From Balanoglossus misakiensis (taxonomy: Eukaryota > Animalia > Hemichordata), in contig CM082589.2 in the NCBI GenBank assembly GCA_040954595.2, positions 7,127,186 through 7,191,185 of the forward strand: a DNA stretch of 64,000 nucleotides, in the 5' to 3' direction. The notes under the pieces were generated by a model. That model worked only from the letters and a program-made list of their open reading frames with translations, searched no databases and had not been told where the DNA came from. Positions 26,901-39,975 of this stretch are shown here, one piece after another (within the stretch, counting starts at the first letter, position 1; each line of letters starts with the position of its first letter). The translations under genes and the position numbers were made by a program.

Positions 26901-28601
26901 TGGCTTTCGAGACTCAAGTGTCTACAGCAAACGCTAACCACTCCCACTAACTGTCACGATATATATACCGAAACCGGTCAAATTTCACGGACCTACACTC
27001 ACTCACCACTCACTAACTCCACGGTTAACTTGGACGGTGTCGCTCGTAAATCTGCCAGGCCTCAACTTGAACTCAAGTAGAGTGTCGTGCCGCGGAGGTG
27101 ATAACCCGATTACCGAGGCCATGTTTGTTTGTCGTATCTAAACAAAGCATGACATATGTCATCACGTACTTCAACAGTAATTTAGTGGTAACGCCGGATA
27201 GATAGGTTGAGATAAGACTGCGTTTACTTTCGCTGAGGACATGAACCTGATAGTGAGCAGACGACATGTGCGAACTATAGGCGAGCCATATGGCAGCATC
27301 AAACTGTTTTTACCATACAATGTCATCTTAGGGTATTTTATTTCCAGAAAGGGATTTATTCGCTATTAAATTTGTTGCTATATCCATGTTTAGATTGTCT
27401 TTCAAAACGAAAAAAGAAATGCGATCACTCCATCACTTTAGATGTTGTACCAAAAATTCTATCAGGACGCTAACATGAAACTAAACTGTCAATTAGTATT
27501 TCTGGGACAGTTTGATTCTCTGAAACACAATTTTCCATGAATATCCAGTAACAAAGATTCAAAGGTACGCTTGACTTTTGTGGTGTCTAATGTACTATTG
27601 GCCTCTAGCACAGAACTGACTGAAATATTGAAACTGTTTCTTTTCTTCACTGCAGACGGGAACCTGTGCATTGTTTTTTGCCGCCCAGGGCGGATTCCTT
27701 GAAATAGTCCGAGAGCTTATAAGCAGAAATGCAACGGTTGACCTACCAAGTAATGTAAGTACATGCACGTTTGTGAAAAGATCACAGGATTCTAGTCAGT
27801 GAGTGGGGTGATGGTTTCACAAATCTCGTCAAAACTTTATTCCTAAATTTGACTCAGTGAAATGTTGTCATCTCCCTTTGTTTAATTTGATCGATGTGTT
27901 CTATTCGTTGCAGGACGGTGGAACACCGCTCTTTGTTGCTTGCCAATGCAGTCATCTCGACGTCGTCGATGAATTGGTTTCCAAGGGAGCCGATATACAC
28001 ATAGAAATGAACGTAGGTGGCGCACTCACCAGAAACGAAGGCAGTTCAGCTCATAAGCTTCCGTTTGACTGCAATTTTGTTAAAGGGGAAATCCGGTCCA
28101 GCTGATTTCTACATAATTTGGTAGCTTTGAGGTCACTCTTTCAGAAAAAAAACATATTCGCCATGTACAAGTCGCGCGATTTTTTACAAAATCGAGGGAA
28201 AGTTGGCAGAATTTCCAATATGGCGTTTACGGGAAAATTGTAACCTGTTTTCACACATTTCCTTAGCAGTGATCATATTCGGGTTGTCACCCGTTTATTG
28301 TACATCTCGTTCAAACGTGCACGCCCACTCTCAGTCAGTGTACTTGGTCCTCACACGTGACATGCTTCTTTTCCCAACAGGATGGTGCGAACCCTTTGTT
28401 TATTGCTGCGCAAAATGGTCACGTGAGAATGTTGAAATACTTGCTGTCTAAAGGAGCAAAGGTCAATCAGAGGCGAAAGGTCAGTTAGGTCATGGAAACC
28501 GTCGTCATACTACATCTCTTTATCCACCGTTCGTTCATTCTTTCAATTTCTATCATTCACTTTAATAGTCTCCAGTAATGCAAATTCTATGTATGTATTG
28601 A

Positions 28602-28660
<59 letters not shown>

Positions 28661-30767
28661 ATGTATGTATGTATGTATGTATGTATGTATGTATGTATGT
28701 ATGTATGTATGTATGTATGTATGTATGTATGTATGTATCTATGTATGTATGTATGTATGTATGTATGTATGTATGTATGTATGTATGTATGTATGTATGT
28801 ATGTATGTATGTATGTATGTATGTATGTATGTATGTATGTATGTATGTATGTATGTATGTAGAAGAATTATATGGAATATATGACGAAATGCAGACGTTG
28901 TTCGCTTCTTTCCACTCTCACCAGGACAAAGCCAGTTGCCTGTGGATATCTTGTCAAATGGGCCACACGCCAATCGTGCAAGCCCTTCTAGAAGCAGGTG
29001 CTGAAGTAGATGCCGCAAGGGAGGTAGGGATATTGCCATGGCGATAAACAAAATGGCGTCATCAGTCACCTCTAAACCAACGCCGCCCCATATCTATCCA
29101 TTTTCAGTTAAACCTAAAATACATGTCTCACGAGCTTGAACAATAGTCTATAGTGCCACCGCATGGATATATCGTAAGCCTATAATGAATACATTCAAAC
29201 AGGAAAAATGACGTATCAGGTGATCATATTTAATTGACGATTAGAAAGTCACTTAAAGGCTCATATTTGTTGACTTGGGCATTTCTGAAGACCTTTTACC
29301 TGCGCTTGGGACTGCTTTTTTTTAAACAAACGGTCAGCTATACATAACACATGCTCCTTTAAACTCTTTATATTTTGCTAGGACGGTGCAACGCCGCTGT
29401 TCAAGGCAGCGCACAAGGGCCACCTGGACGTGGTGAACGAACTAATTAAGCATGGTGCGTCGGTCAGTGTGTTGGAAGTAAGTCACTCGTTCATCTAAAA
29501 ACAAAAATCGTCCAGGGGAGACGGAGGGGTTGCAAAACTGCAGCAATCGTTCATCATGTTCGGACACCTTGAAATTAACCCCATCGGTCATTACAATTCG
29601 TGGCGATTTCTTTTGCCGTACACGATTGTCACAGGGGGTTTTCAACTTGTAAGAGGCGGTTGCTGTAAATTTGCTTGCTAGCACATTTTTCATAGGCAGG
29701 TAAACGACTTTCGGCGTCTCGTACATTACTAGTGATTGGCCACCTCTATTAAAGGCCATGGGAAGGGACCAGTTCATTTCAGGGGGGAAAGTGGCCCCTT
29801 TCCCGAATTCTAAAGGTTATGTCCCATACAGCAGACCTGTCATCCCGTCTAAGTCCATCGAAGTCTGTGTATATATTTTATCGTTTTCTTATTTGTTGTG
29901 TAATAGAGTTTCCATTTTCTCTCTCACAGAATGGCGAGAGTGCCTTGCACGCAGCAGCCTTATTCGGTCACGGCAGTGTTGTGAAAGCGCTGATAGCAGC
30001 CGGTGTCAGTCCGGCTCTGAAGAATAAGGTGAGCTCGTTGGTTTGATTCGCGACTCTTTTATGTATTCGTTCTTTTATTGCCACAATTTAAGCAAGGATT
30101 ACGTTTTGTGCCAGAGAAAAGGCAATACGCAATATAGGCCTAGTATTTACTGTGGCAATATGGAGAAAAACAGCTATATGAGGCCAGACAAACTAAATAG
30201 CAGCCCCCTTGTTCGATTATAAGGGAATGCCTGGAATTAGGGTTAGGGACTCTGGCGGCACATGATAAATGTTGAAACGACCCAAAACGGGCCAAAGCGA
30301 GCCAAGCGTATTTTCGGCGCGTTTCTCTAGAATGTTGGGATTTTATCTAACCCCTGAATAGCCAAAGTGATTGTTTTAGGTCGTTTACTTGATGAAATGC
30401 TCGTTTCAGCCTGTTTATAGTCGTTTGGCTCGTTTTGGCCCGTTTTGGGTCGTTTCAACATTTATCATATGCCGACTCTGGCAGCCACAGTGTTCTCTGC
30501 GAACAAATCCACGCATAACCTAGTGCTCTCGTTCTTGGAATTCTGATATTAACGGGTCGCATTTCAACTCCCCGGTTATTCGGCGACTTGCTTTGCTGTC
30601 GTCCTGATGATATCAAGAAAAGTGACCTATCGTCGTTTGCACTTCTGCAGGAAGGATCCACTGCAGCCGAGCTTGCAAAGGATGCTGGGTACGAGCTCAT
30701 CGCCGACTATCTCAACAAAGCCAGATCGGCACAGCAACAAACAGGATCGATTCAGACGACAGTCTAA
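17963..30767 (+). CDS. ANKRD29: Ankyrin repeat domain-containing protein 29, ~309 aa
   Basis: Ten phase-0 exons: 17963-17974, 18103-18213, 26050-26148, 27656-27754, 27914-28012, 28381-28479, 28925-29023, 29382-29477, 29930-30028, 30651-30767. Motifs GRVHVDCKD, ALFFAAQ, GAKVNQ.R, LWISCQMGH, DAAREDG and SALHAA match ANKRD29 in order. Confidence 0.92.
26743..26781. mobile_element. 39-bp hairpin mini-element with 9-bp TSD
   Basis: tatcctggtctccatac-ccaga-gtatggaaaccaggcca is flanked by gcgagttca at 26734-26742 and 26782-26790. Confidence 0.7.
28602..28861. repeat. Compound microsatellite (TGTC)n(TGTA)n
   Basis: Directly visible; lies in an ANKRD29 intron. Confidence 0.98.
30256..30474. mobile_element. 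MITE with ~55-bp TIRs and at least a 7-bp TSD
   Basis: cggcacatgataaatgttgaaacgacccaaaacgggccaaa pairs with tttggcccgttttgggtcgtttcaacatttatcatatgccg; actctgg on both flanks. Confidence 0.8.
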
Positions 30768-32472
30768 AATCCCGGCGCGGTAAAAACTGCCTCGTCAGAT
30801 TGTTGACTGATGGGGGCGTGCTATGACACACACGGCTAACAGAAGGGGACACACAAGCCATTTGTAGTAAATAACCAACATTTTGTGGCCTAAGTGAAAC
30901 ACATTAAGAGGTGTTCCGACGTAGTTTGATAGTGTATATGAATCTTATCCCTGTTAAGGATGTACGATCTGTAATGTTTAATGTACATTTATTGTAATTT
31001 CTTTGGATTGTTTGGATTTTAAGTGTTACCAAAATCCATGCATGTTTTAGGCCATGAATTTTAATAGGCGATAAACGAACAATGCTAAGTCAGCATTTTC
31101 CACCATGTTTTTCTGTGGGCTCAACGAAGTTGATATCAAAGGAGGGTGATAATACCATTTTATTTGACCATTGAATTTATTTTCGTCTGACTGACCTATG
31201 TGCAAAATCTCACGAAATAGACAATAGTAAATGTGGGTGTCCTGATATATTCTCAGTGTAATCCGATGGGAAAGGAGATAATTCAATGTAATCACTGTGT
31301 TTGCACGTACATCCTTAAAAAGGAGCGTTTTTAGGTTACCTTTAGCAGAAACGAAATGTCCCCGAACGAGACAGCATTAGAACACCATTCATACTCGACA
31401 AACCAGCAAGATGATTGTTGCATGTCATTGATATTGAGCTCAGACCATTACTTTTTTGACATCAGACAAGGACTGCTTATTGTAGTAGCAACGGATTTCT
31501 AGAAACGCATTTATCTGACAAACTGAACATGTAAATCACGGTCAGATAAGTTGTCGTCATGACCCACTTTAACAGAATGAGTTGTAATTAGTCATATAAT
31601 ATATTTATCAGTTTATAGTTGTTGTGCCATGTCTTCCCATCAAAACCGATCATGTCGACTTTTGGGTCAGATGTGCAATTCGACATCACTTTATGAAATA
31701 ATTCATGGGGTCACCAATCCATTGTTCAATGTCAAGTTTCTTTGTAGGTAGATTCCGCGCCAGAGTACAGAAGGCACGACGTAGCCGCAGTGACGTCACT
31801 GCTAGTAAAAAAAACGACGGCCATTAACATTTACTGAAATCTTAGTGTCAAAAAGTTATGCAGGACATGAATTTCCTTATTTTATTTTCGCAATACAAAT
31901 ATAAAGCCAAAACCGTAAAATGACTAAAATTGTAATTTGTGAGCGGAATTTATCATCCTTACAATCTTAGTTTTATTTCAGTGATTAAATGCCATGTCAG
32001 ACTGCCAAGAGAAAAGCGATTAAAGGACAAAGTCGCTCTCAATATTTTGTTGTTTTAGTTAAAACATAAATAAGCTATCAAAAGAAACTGAAACAACCAA
32101 AATAATATCAAACTGATCGACTTTGTCCCGTTTAGTATGTTTTTGTGTTTTAGTTAGAAATGTTTCTCAGTTTACACGAAGCTATGCATGAAATGCCTTT
32201 TACAGTGAATTTTTGAAGTATTTTATAATTTATTGGTGGTTGCGCTAGGACATTTGAGTAGGTCTTACTTGAAAATGTTGATTACGTTTTAAATGAATAA
32301 ATTTAATGATGAAGACTTGAAAAAAAAGTGCCACAGAATTTTATCAGTAAATTTAGTGAAGTACTGGCTATATATTTCTCCATATGGTATTCCCGCAGAC
32401 CATCTTTCCGGAGTGCCCAACGGAAGAAGCAGAGGGGTCTGGGTAACCGAGACTACATTGCATACTAGTATA

Positions 32473-32728
32473 TAGTTAGTCCCCTGCCCCATTCCCACAG
32501 CTGGCTGCGCTACGCTCAAGGGAAAGGGCCAGGCACGGCCTATTGTAAACATGGCTCTCATTGGCGTACGGACATTGGAGGCATCCATCTTGTTTGTGAT
32601 CACGTGGTCTTTGTTTAAGTATATTAATATGCTGGGCAGTTTTTTTTTGCCAAGATCGGGCCTTACCTGACCCCTTTCCCTTTAGCGTAACGCAGCCAGC
32701 GGTGGGATTAGGGCAGGGGACCAGACTA
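32473..32728. mobile_element. MITE with TAG...CTA ends and 9-bp TSD, AcademH-like
   Basis: ~70-bp imperfect TIRs (gtcccctgccc...gctggctgcg.tacgct.aagggaaaggg); flanks actagtata / accagtata. Confidence 0.75.
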
Positions 32729-33445
32729 ACCAGTATATCCACCGGCCCATGGCTGCCTTACATAAACGTAGCTCTTTCATGCAGACAGAGATACAAGGTA
32801 AAATCTCCATGTTCTGTCCTCATGAGTGGTGATACTTTTAAAGAAATGCCCCAAAATGTGTTTTTTTACAATGACCCCCTTTATGTAGACAGCCGTCTGT
32901 TTGATCACAGGCAAATAGAATACACAGACTAGCTATGACTTCTCAATGTCTGTAGTTCCAAATATGACACTATTTTGCATGGTGAACGTCAATGACATAT
33001 TTATTACAAGTCAGCGTATTGTTAACTGCACACACTGTTCTAGTACTAGGTGGCAAAACATCTAGAGCGTTATTTGTTTTAATTTAAGCAACATGTTATG
33101 TGCAATAAACGTTTATTTCATTACAAAATTATGGGCGTGCCATCTGTGATTCCAGCTGACAGAATTCACGTATTCAGTTCATGCATCGCGTGCAGTATGG
33201 CTCTTATAAATCAGTAACTTAAAAGGTTTCTGTGTTTATATAGCTTGGTGAACACTTGAATGACATGAAAATGCGCGGATCTTTGAAACGTCCAAGTTCT
33301 TAGGCTACTCAATATGCGTATCATATAAGTAAAGCATGTAAATTGGTTAGAATACCGGAATAAATCGATTGCATAAAGTACTGGGGCAATGCTGATTAGC
33401 CAGCTTTGTAGCGAAGTTGAGAGATTCTACTCTCGGCCAGAGAAT

Positions 33446-34924
33446 CTAACGGCTTCCCGGCAAATAACTGGCGTCGTCGTGGCCTCGGTAGAACTTGACA
33501 GTGGCTTGGAATATCTCTTGGGCTGGCCCGTCATCATGCTTTCTGCTGATCACGAAATGTACCGCGCCCTCACAGTCGTCACTCTCCCACGCCTCGACGA
33601 GGAGTCTGTCGTTGGGTTGCGTCTCGGCGAGGTACAGGCAGCTGAGTTGTTCCACTTTGTAAAGGGAGAAGTCGTCTGTGAGCGCTTTGAAACAGCCGTC
33701 GAATACGGCGCTCGAGGCGCAGTCTGAGCACAGCCTCCAGTATAGGGTGTAGGCCGCGTGGCCGTTGAAGTTGACGTCAGTCTGTCGAACGACACTTTCG
33801 CATTTGTACGTCTCACCCGCCCTGAGCAGTCGTTTCATCACGATCGGTCGGGGGCCTACGACAAAACCCCCGTATTTCCCTTTGTAACTGTCCGGCAGCG
33901 GTGCGGATTTCCTTGTTTCGGTGCTCACCAGGACGGCCTGGTCCCCAAACGCCGCTATGACGTCACCGGACACCTTTTCGCGAAACTCGATTCGGTGGCC
34001 GATAGACGACGTACCCAGGTGGCTCAACCACAGCTGGACAGTCACCGGGGCCTCCTCTTTCACAGCCCGGTAGAATTTCCGTCCTACACTCCCGTCCTGT
34101 GCACCGATGAAATCAGAGAATTTACCGTCTCCCATCAATTCCTGAAATCCGGAAATATCGCTCTTCACAAAGCAGTGTCGATAGAGAACGGACTGCGATA
34201 TTTTGAACACCTTCCACAAGTAGACGTGACCTATAAAAGATAAGGAAAATACCATTCAACCACCAAACTTCGTATTACAGAAACGTAGCACGTATACCTG
34301 AACTAGGCTTAAAGTGTACAAGTTAGAAATACACTAAGCGGTATGGTACTTTGCAGAACAAATCGATACAGTCAAACATATGGACATATGAAGGTGGGCC
34401 AGTAATGTTTTTAAAGAAGATGTGTATTCCAACAAGTGCATGAGATCATGTATAAATCTTTCTCAAATTTACTGTGTTAACTGCAGCATCCTGAAGTGAA
34501 AAATACATTCTGGTTGTAATACGCCCTCTACCGACCGTTATTAATTATTCAGCGGTACAGAATCTGGTAAGGCAACTTCCGCGTACGTCCGAAGTTCATG
34601 TCCAGAAGCAAAATGTGGGTCAATTGTTTCCGCCATGTTTTCGACCTTGCAGTGGGGGCTTTGTATTCTAAGAAGCCCCCACCCCGGAACTTGCTCAAAA
34701 TAGCAAATTTTCATGAACAACCTACCTTTATGATCGAAATCGTGCAACGCATCGTACGGTAAACCATGATCGAAGTCGACTGTGACACGACAGCCACCTC
34801 GGTCAATCACGGTGTTCGTCCCTGTGAGCGTTCGAACTGTCACGAGTTGTGTCGGAATTCTCTGCATCCGACAGATCAACGTTCTAAGGCGGTTACCTGA
34901 ATTCATGGCTACCGAGTTGAACAT
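33446..34924 (-). CDS. Double-hotdog acyl-thioesterase-like protein (paralog A), ~327 aa
   Basis: Exons 34726-34924 and 33446-34230 with a phase-1 GT-AG intron. Motifs HLGTSSI, VLVSTETRKSAPLPD, VVRQTDVNFNGH..Y..Y and YLAETQPNDRLLV resemble 4HBT/acyl-ACP thioesterase tandem hotdog domains. N-terminus is Arg-rich and acid-poor. Confidence 0.8.
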
Positions 34925-35400
34925 CCTACCCTAGCTTGCTGTCCTTTGAGCTGATCGAGTGACCCCAATTCTTCTGTAATAGGCGGGTACTCGGTTGCGG
35001 CTGCGCGTTACAACGTATAGTATATAGTACACGGACTGTAGTAGTATTACTATAGAGACAAGGCTGGTACTATACGCACCACGCCGATTTTGACGAATTT
35101 AAAATAAGACAAGTTCGATCACATCATGCTGATACAAACACGCATGGTCAAAAGCGTAGTCAATGGTAAAAAACACACACGCATGGTCCATGGTCGAACC
35201 GACCATGAAGTACATGTAGTAGAAAAACCCCACGAGCCATATTTACAATAGCCCATACAGAAACGGGTCGAGGGACCAGACAATAATTTGTAGTTTGACC
35301 AGGAACACTGACCCTCGCCGCGCCAACGTCTGTTATCCCTGGTTTACACTTGACCTATGGTCACCTGATTGACCTTTGGTCACCTGATTGTCAGGACAGA

Positions 35401-36703
35401 ATGGCGGCCATGTTCGCGAGTAGTGTTCGACCATTGGGTCACTTGTGTGGTTCAAGTTGCAAGAATTTCCAGACAGCAACACTGATACATGTAAATGTTT
35501 TCTGTCGCTCGATCTCCGTTGACACTCGCATTGAACGAGAGGGTGCCAAGGTCGACGTTATATTCAACAGTGGACTTCCATTTGACATTGCTCATGAATA
35601 TGACTATACGTGTAAGTACGTACACCCATGGACGTCCATGGTACACCGTAGTCAATACTAGTCTGCAGTTTTTCGTCACTCTTTCAGCACGCGCATGGAA
35701 TCTATGGTATATATAATATAGGCCTACACGCTAATATGTCACAGGTTTGAACTGAGTGAGAGCGCAGCAAGAGTAACTTCAGCCCTCCACCCCCCCCCCC
35801 CAACGGTACAGCTGCGTACCACAGCTAGATTAACTTATATGCTATCATGTATACATGTATATTCACATTGTTGTCAACCCTCCACTGTCCACAAAGCTAA
35901 CCATGTTTCTTGTGGCCTGATTCATGAAAATATATATCTTTCGTTTAACTTTCTCGTAACCAGGGAAACCATATTTATGGAGTCTACAGAAGGTGTTTCA
36001 TTCAACCCGTGCGAAGCTGATGGCGGGAAGCCAGTTCAGTGGCTATACAATGGAAGATATGTATGGGTTGAAACGGATGATTTTTATATTGGGATGTCAT
36101 AACAACGTTGAGCTCGCGTTTTATGACCACTTTAAGAAGAATCCTACCGCGCCAGTGTGCATAAGCACAATTCTGAATGATATAGGAACTACATCGGAAG
36201 GCATTCTGCAAGAACTGCGCCGATTGGACGACGGCGAACTGTTGAGTAGTATGTACAAAAGAGTCGTCTCCGTGAATGCCTGGACGAAGCGACCTCAGCC
36301 ACATTCGGAAGAATTCGTCAGGAAGTTCGGCCCTCTGGCGAGAGGGCCTAAAAGAGCCTTAATCAACCGCCTTCAGAGACCAGAGCAGAGTTTTAGCCAC
36401 CGAACGACAGTGGTTCCGAGCGAGATCGATATTTACGGCCACATATCGTACCTGCACTACATCAAGTACTGCTACAACTGCGCAAGTACCGCGTTCACGT
36501 CTACGAAGATGAAGAACTTCACTGGCGACTTTGAGCGCTATAAAGTGAAGGAAGTGTCCTCGTTGTATTTGGCCGATGCAGGAAAATGTGACGAATTGGT
36601 GGTAGACATGTGGGAAGGCGAAGAAAAAACAGATAAGCTGAACTTTGTCATCAGTAAAGCTGGAACGGATATCTTCCATTGCACTGTACAGCTCTATGTT
36701 TGA
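35401..36703 (+). CDS. Double-hotdog acyl-thioesterase-like protein (paralog B), ~316 aa
   Basis: Exons 35401-35611 and 35964-36703 with a phase-1 intron at the same position as in paralog A. Motifs DIGTTS, VSVNAWTKRPQP, VVPSEIDIYGHISYLHY, YKVKEVSSLYLADAGKCDELVV. Confidence 0.8.
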
Positions 36704-39150
36704 AAAGTTTTAAAACAATTTCACTCACTACTTTGAGTGCGTCTTTGCATGTGGAACTCAGTTCCTTCGATGTATTGATTTTTTTAAGAATTCCACCATA
36801 GGGAAATACTATTGAGTTATGTGGCTATGGCACATACATGTATTACCTTTTTTTACTTGATTTTACAATTTATGTGAGAGTTGAATACGGTATGTCTTTT
36901 AAAATGGCAATCTTTGCGTCGTCGTGCGTGTTATCAAAGATATTTGGTATTAAAACGTTCAGGCAAAATCTGTGCATGGGAGATCAATTTAAACGTTCCC
37001 GAGTATAGTCATCGTCCATGGTAGCTGTTCTCGATCACGTTTTTACGTACAGCGCCACCAATGTGGTAAACTTGTCGAATGTTCAATGAACAGCTAGGTA
37101 AGGAATGCCAATACATGTATCTTGGTGCAGACGACAAATGATATTTAGGAATGCGGCGATTTTGAACGTTTTCAGTATATTTGCAATATCCCCTGAGGAG
37201 TATTATTTTTCAGATATGCTGTTGACAACACACATGAATTTAAATCATCTCCATAGAGACAACAACATAGCGATTGGCGGCCATTGTGAATGTCAAATTT
37301 GAGACAATTTTGCTCTCCCATACGAAATTTTGCACGGTCAACCCAAATGTTTGTTCTCAAATTTAGAGAGAATAAGTCCAAGTTACCTTATGCAGAATAT
37401 GAGCGCGCACGAAGTTATGCGCAGAACTGTTTACTTGATACTGTAACCATGGCAAGTAGTTGACGATCCTTTAGTGTGGTCGTTCCTCACATATCGATCT
37501 TGGCGCCTTGCCATATAGGCACTTACAGGTGAGACCCCTGAACACATACGACGTGTGATAATTTTTGTTCTTAACTTCCTCTTTAAAAGTCCAATACACA
37601 TTGGCCGATTGAGGGCGCCGTTGGACTTAGCGTTTGTCAAGAACACCAATGAGCCGTACACATACACATTTCTAATGTTTCGGACGTTCCCTTGTCAATA
37701 ACCGATTTGACATTTTACGCCCAATTACCGTAGATTGTAGTCAACGACGTGACAATGCGTGTGAAGTAGATTCGACTTGTTGTAGCGCCCTCACTCCAAT
37801 TCTACAACAGGTATGTTCATACTCCAATTTAAAATAATTTTGATACAATTACATACTGCAGGGTCTTCTCCTAACAAGTAGCACTACAAGTCTGGCGTTT
37901 ATCCATCTTCGCTGATATTGCTGGTATGTTTATTGTTTATCATGCATGCGCATTTGTTTTGGTTGTGCTTGGTTGTGTTTTGCGTGTTGTCGCCTGTTTG
38001 GACGTTTTCTTAATTGGTGATTTTAATCCGCATAGATTTGATACAACTTTCATTTTCCTGACTTCATAAGTATATACATGTAGCTGCTTATATTTGCACC
38101 ACAGTTTGTGAGTTTAGCACCTTCTCAAACTGAAACGTAATTCTTACGTAGCGCCAATTCATATCATATCGGTTATTGCCGGCTAGAGTTTGACCACTTG
38201 TATATATAAAGTTAGATTGATCTAAACATTGACTCAGAGACGGCGAGATACCATGGCCAGTTTGTTGCGATGATATATGCTATGTCCAATATACCAGTAT
38301 TTCAGTTCAGAGATATTGTCACCATCCAGTTATTGATGTTAAATCTCCAACGGCTATTTTGTGAAGAGGTAACTTTTATACTACCCTTCAACATCGAAAT
38401 CTCAGACTTCCACTACCCTGCTACACAAGTACGCCGAAATGAGGGCGTACATGTAGTTACGTGCACTGTGACAAAATACCTTACTAATAAGAGTAAACGA
38501 ATTCCGAAGCATTGATTTTGTGTCAAGCTTTATATCGAACGATCCAGGCATTACCGGCATATATTGATCCGGTGTTATCTTTTGAGTGTTTCGGTGATTG
38601 GTATTATTTAGGGAATATTTCGTGTACTTCCTCTGTCTTTGTTTGTGAAGATCTTTTTTGTCGCGGGCAAAAACAAAGACAGTTCTTTCACATGGCATGA
38701 TATTGATTTACTGTCATGATTTATATTTCAAGCCCCAGTAACTCTGCTATTTTTCATTTTTTTCTCTCATGTATCAACTCCGGTTTCTTGCTCTATGTAC
38801 AGTCTTCAGCTAATCTATAAAAGCCTGTATATGAATAGCGGCCATTGTTGTTGCTGACAACCGAATTCATATCCGGACGACTTTAATTGAATTTTCAACA
38901 ATAACAATTCTGATTACTATACAAAAGGGCTGCGTTGAAAGACCAAATGTTGAGCAATTCTCTGTGATTCGCAGAGTAGAACAGGAAATAGCAGTTATAC
39001 CCGAAACAAAACTCCGGAGAAAATAGCCCAAAGTTGGAGTCGTAGGAGCTTTAATGTGACACGTCATAGTGCCTACAATCAAATCTCTCCATAGTGATCA
39101 GTCAATGGATTTGGCTTTTATAGACAGGCGGTCTGTATAAACAGGTCAAT

Positions 39151-39191
39151 CACAGACAAAGAGAAAGAACAGACTTTTCTATTTGTCTGTG
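39151..39191. mobile_element. 41-bp hairpin with CA...TG ends and 7-bp TSD (P-element-like remnant)
   Basis: ggtcaat|cacagacaaagagaaa...ttttctatttgtctgtg|ggtcaat. Confidence 0.65.
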
Positions 39192-39358
39192 GGTCAATTA
39201 ATGGCTAGTACATACATGTATGTTAATTGCACAGGGACTGCCAAAAGTGGCCGCTATATAGAGGTGACCACTAACACGTGTTTGGCTTATTTTTTTATTA
39301 TTGACGCCTTTGGCACTGGGTAACAGTTTGAGTACCCAGATTCCATGTACAGTGAAAC

Positions 39359-39975
39359 AATAAAGTCCTATCTAAGAACCTTGATGATGTCGGAGGGATA
39401 AAGTACAATAATTGTTGATCAATGAAGAGCAATTATCGTCGCATCGACTAAAAATATGACTTTAAAAGCTAGAATCTCGAATATTTTTGACTTTTAAGGC
39501 AGAAAAACGTAAGAACCACGATTTTTGATATTAAGAACCACGGCACGTGTATAAATTCCTATCTAAGAACCTTGATGGTGTCGGAGGGATAAATTACAAT
39601 AATTGTTAATTAATAATGAGAAATTATCGTCGCATCGACTAAAAATATGACTTTAAACGCTAGAACCTCAAATATTTATTTACTTTTAAGGCAGAAAAAC
39701 GTAAGAACCACGATTTTCTTAAGAACCACGGCAACGTGTATAAATTCCTATCTAAGAACCTTGATGATGTCGGAGGGATAAATTACAATAATTGTTAATT
39801 AATAATGAGAAATTATCGTCGCATCGACTTAAAATATGACTTTAAAAGCTATAACCACAAACATTTTTGACTTTTAAGGCAGAAAAACGTAAGAACCACG
39901 ATTTTTGTTAAGAACCACGGCACGTGTATAAATTCCTATCTAAGAACCTTGATGATGTCGGAGGGATAAATTACG
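39359..39975. repeat. ~189-bp tandem repeat, ~3.2 copies (left flank of satellite)
   Basis: cctatctaagaaccttgatg at 39368, 39558, 39747 and 39935. Confidence 0.92.

Noticed and set aside
26305-27080. 189-aa and 117-aa ORFs in an ANKRD29 intron
   Set aside because: Non-ATG or weak starts, no recognisable motifs, and they cross repeat-derived sequence.
28587-29069. ORFs with MYVC / HTYI repeats
   Set aside because: Translations of a tetranucleotide microsatellite.
33389-34243. Plus-strand ORFs of 112 and 161 aa (likewise 3957-4589 and 5392-5967)
   Set aside because: Antisense shadows of GC-richer real exons, with no motifs or splice support.
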